Assembly: GCA_046075565.1 (NCBI GenBank)
Contig: JBJTQJ010000084.1
Coordinates: 1-19,143, forward strand
Origin: Verrucomicrobiales bacterium
GTDB taxonomy: Bacteria; Verrucomicrobiota; Verrucomicrobiia; Verrucomicrobiales; SLCJ01
Direction: 5' to 3'
DNA length: 19,143 nucleotides
Shown: in pieces, positions 16,738 through 19,143 of the stretch
Layout of the letters: every line of letters begins with the position of its first letter
Position numbering within the stretch: the first letter of the stretch is position 1
Position numbers and translations under genes: made by a program
Notes under the pieces: generated by a model
The model's input: the letters and a program-made list of their open reading frames with translations, nothing else
Database searches by the model: none
What the model was told of the DNA's origin: nothing

Positions 16738-18803
16738 AAGCCGCCCATATTCTTTTCCTGCTTCCCCTGGTGCTCAACGCTGCCTGGGAACTCCCCGCAG
16801 CGCAGGCGGTCGGCACCCCGCCCGCCGCCACTTTCCCGGTGGACGTTAAAATACCCGGCCTGATTCCCACGCCGCAGCACGTCGAGTGGAAGGACCAAGT
16901 CGCTGCCATCACCGCCGTCTCGATGGAATTCAAGAGCGACAAAGTGACCCCGTTCGCCAAACAAAGGCTCGCGGATATCCTGCGCGAAAATCAACTCAAT
17001 CCCAGCGGCGGCGACTATCGGATTCTCTTCCAGGACGGTCCTCTCAACGTTCCGCGAAACCGCAACGAAGCCTACCACCTGCAAACATCCGCCAGCGGTG
17101 CCGTCCTCACTGCCGAAACCACCGCCGGTTTCTTCTATGGTATAGAGACTTTGCGCCAACTCCTCGTGCGCAACGAAGGAAAAACAACCATTGCCCATGC
17201 GGAAGTCCTAGACTACCCGGCCTTCCAAATCCGCGGCTTCATGCACGATGTCGGCCGGAATTTCCTCTCCCTCGATCTGCTCAAGAAGCAGGTCGATCTG
17301 ATGAGCCGCTACAAATACAACGTCTTCCACTGGCATCTGACCGAATACCACGGCTGGCGTTTGGAGAGCAAAGTCTTCCCGGAGTTGCAATCCGAACGGA
17401 CATTCCAGCGCTTCCCCGGCAAATACTACACGCAGCGTGAATTCATCGATTTTGTCAAATACTGCCACGATCGGAACATCACCGTTATCCCGGAATTTGA
17501 TACGCCCGGCCACTCCGATGCCTTCCGCGCCGGCTTGAATATCCCGAACATGCGCGACCCCCGTGCCCGCGAGGCCATGATCAAGTTGATCGACGAACTT
17601 TGCTCGCTCGCTCCCGCCGAAATCATGCCCTACATCCACCTGGGCACGGACGAGGTGCGCAACGAAGCCGAGCGTGTTGATGCCGACTACCTGCCCGCCC
17701 TCTTTGATGCGGTCCGCCGCAACAATCGCGAAGTCATTGGTTGGTGGAAGGGCATGACCGTGTCCGGAGACACAAAACAGATCCAACAGACGTGGGCCGA
17801 AATTGATCCCCGACGCGGCATCCGTCACATCGATTCACGCGGGAATTACATCAATCACATCGATCATCTCACCTTCAAAACCTTTGTCACTTTCCAGCAA
17901 CCCTGCCGCGTCCCGCACGGGGACGACAACAACCTCGGCGGCATCCTCTGCTACTGGCCCGACCTCTATGCTCCGGATGAAAACACCAGCATGCTCAACG
18001 CACCTGTCTGGCAGATGTTGGTCGCCTACCCAGAAGTTGTCTGGAAAGGTGTGCCGAAGAACGATGGTCGCTACTGGTCCACCGTTCCGCCTCCGGATAC
18101 TGCCGAGGGCCGCCGCTATCGCGACATCGAGAAGCGTCTCATCGAACACCGCGACCGCTTCCTCGCTGGCATTCCGTTCATGACTGTCGCCAATTCCCAT
18201 ATCGAATGGCGATTGCTCGGCCCGCTCGATGCCGACGAACTCGCCGCCATCGATCCTGTCAGGATCCAGGCCAGCTATCAGGAAAACGGCAAAACCTTCG
18301 CTTGGTCCGAACCCGTATATGGAGGCACTATCGAGATCCGCCATCCCTTCAGCGGCACCCGCATGCCCTATGGCGGCCACTTCGCCAAGGCACCTGCGGT
18401 AAAGACCAAAGCGTATGCCTTCACGCGGATTTACTCGCCCGAGGACCAGACGGTGGATTTCTGGATCAACTTCAATACCATCTCGCAGTCCGACGACCGC
18501 GCTGGTCGTCCGGTCAAAGGACAATGGCATGCCAACCGGCAGTGCAATGTTTGGATCAACGGCAATTCGATTCCCCCGCCGGATTGGAAAAGTCCCGGCA
18601 AGGCTGGCAAGGAAATGGCCCTCATCGACGAGGTTTACACCAACCGCCCGCCCACACCCGTCGCTCTCAAAAAAGGCTGGAACACCGTGCTTGTCTCCGC
18701 CGGTCGGCAGTTCAAATGGCACTTCACATTCTGCCCCGTCCGTCTAGAAAATGGCCATGCCCGTGAAGTCCCCGGCTTGAGGTTTTCGTCGGAACTCGAG
18801 TAG
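16734..18803 (+). CDS. GH20 beta-N-acetylhexosaminidase (HLGTDE subtype) with C-terminal jelly-roll-like domain (689 aa)
   Basis: ATGA overlap with the upstream stop; signal peptide; DYPAFQIRGFMHDVGRNF; YNVFHWHLTEYHGWRLES; IPEFDTPGH; YIHLGTDEV; C-terminal VWING...LKKGWNTVLV. Confidence 0.94.
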   Translation: MKAAHILFLLPLVLNAAWELPAAQAVGTPPAATFPVDVKIPGLIPTPQHVEWKDQVAAITAVSMEFKSDKVTPFAKQRLADILRENQLNPSGGDYRILFQDGPLNVPRNRNEAYHLQTSASGAVLTAETTAGFFYGIETLRQLLVRNEGKTTIAHAEVLDYPAFQIRGFMHDVGRNFLSLDLLKKQVDLMSRYKYNVFHWHLTEYHGWRLESKVFPELQSERTFQRFPGKYYTQREFIDFVKYCHDRNITVIPEFDTPGHSDAFRAGLNIPNMRDPRAREAMIKLIDELCSLAPAEIMPYIHLGTDEVRNEAERVDADYLPALFDAVRRNNREVIGWWKGMTVSGDTKQIQQTWAEIDPRRGIRHIDSRGNYINHIDHLTFKTFVTFQQPCRVPHGDDNNLGGILCYWPDLYAPDENTSMLNAPVWQMLVAYPEVVWKGVPKNDGRYWSTVPPPDTAEGRRYRDIEKRLIEHRDRFLAGIPFMTVANSHIEWRLLGPLDADELAAIDPVRIQASYQENGKTFAWSEPVYGGTIEIRHPFSGTRMPYGGHFAKAPAVKTKAYAFTRIYSPEDQTVDFWINFNTISQSDDRAGRPVKGQWHANRQCNVWINGNSIPPPDWKSPGKAGKEMALIDEVYTNRPPTPVALKKGWNTVLVSAGRQFKWHFTFCPVRLENGHAREVPGLRFSSELE
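16808..16827 (+). repeat. 20-bp direct repeat GGTCGGCACCCCGCCCGCCG, copy 1 (copy 2 at 19012-19031)
   Basis: Exact match read from the sequence. Both copies encode VGTPPA just after the signal peptide. Confidence 0.9.
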
Positions 18804-18860
18804 GGGGAAACTAAGGTTGCAGTGAGCGATCCTCGCACCGGCAATCGACGCTCGGCCGGG

Positions 18861-18879
18861 TGGTCTGCCGCTCCAACCA
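18861..18879. promoter_or_regulatory. Candidate operator, motif A, copy 3
   Basis: TGGTCTG-CCGCT-CCAACCA, 55 nt upstream of ATG 18935. 13 of 14 arm positions are identical to the 1600 copy. Confidence 0.45.
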
Positions 18880-18934
18880 GTGAGCCCCGGTTGTTTTCCA
18901 AACCCGCCATGGATAAAGTCACTTTTATATCCCG

Positions 18935-19143
18935 ATGAAAACACCCACCATCGCCCTTCTGCTCCTCCCTTTGGCGCTCCATGCTGCCTCTGATTTCCCA
19001 GCGCCGCGGGTGGTCGGCACCCCGCCCGCCGACGCAGGACGCGGACTCGTGCGCGTGAACGCCACCGAGATCCGCCACTACGATGGGGATCGCAAGCAGC
19101 CCGGTTTCCTCGTCAGTCGCGACAATGGGGAAACATGGAAGTA
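18935..19143 (+). CDS. Secreted BNR/Asp-box sialidase-like protein, 5' part only
   Basis: Hand translation: MKTPTIALLLLPLALHAASDFPAPRVVGTPPADAGRGLVRVNATEIRHYDGDRKQPGFLVSRDNGETWK. Signal peptide plus Asp-box SRDNGETW (S-x-D-x-G-x-T-W). Not in the ORF track because it runs off the window. Confidence 0.75.
   Translation, partial: MKTPTIALLLLPLALHAASDFPAPRVVGTPPADAGRGLVRVNATEIRHYDGDRKQPGFLVSRDNGETWK
19012..19031 (+). repeat. 20-bp direct repeat, copy 2
   Basis: Identical to 16808-16827. Confidence 0.9.

Noticed and set aside
18804-18934. Possible intrinsic terminator after the second + strand GH20
   Set aside because: Only weak stems (GCGA-TCC-TCGC) with no U-tract.
1-19143. CRISPR array, tRNA/rRNA, transposase or integrase
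   Set aside because: No regularly spaced repeats, RNA-gene signatures or recombinase motifs were seen; the window is almost fully explained by ten CDSs.

Overview
GC-rich (roughly 60%, estimated by eye) bacterial DNA. The gene families suggest Verrucomicrobiota (Luteolibacter/Haloferula/Akkermansiaceae-like); this is an inference. The window is a glycan-degradation locus with two arms diverging from an AT-richer region at 9915-10290. Left arm (- strand): sialate O-acetylesterase, GH29 alpha-L-fucosidase, a 1241-aa Zn-ribbon/TM/PDZ/NPCBM/DUF6288-like protein, a coupled YdjY-like lipoprotein, and a GH20 that runs off the window and is absent from the ORF track. Right arm (+ strand): a 1227-aa GspK/PilX-type pseudopilin-like protein (Verru_Chthon cassette A-like), a 241-aa secreted unknown, two GH20 hexosaminidases, and the start of an Asp-box sialidase-like gene. 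No SusC/SusD pair, TonB-dependent receptor or regulator is visible. The best candidate for a new system is the giant pseudopilin plus its secreted neighbour, placed at the head of a glycosidase operon as a possible pilus-based glycan capture module. Also notable are two recurrent intergenic operator-like motifs, a circularly permuted NPCBM domain, and a 5' end shared by two unrelated enzymes.
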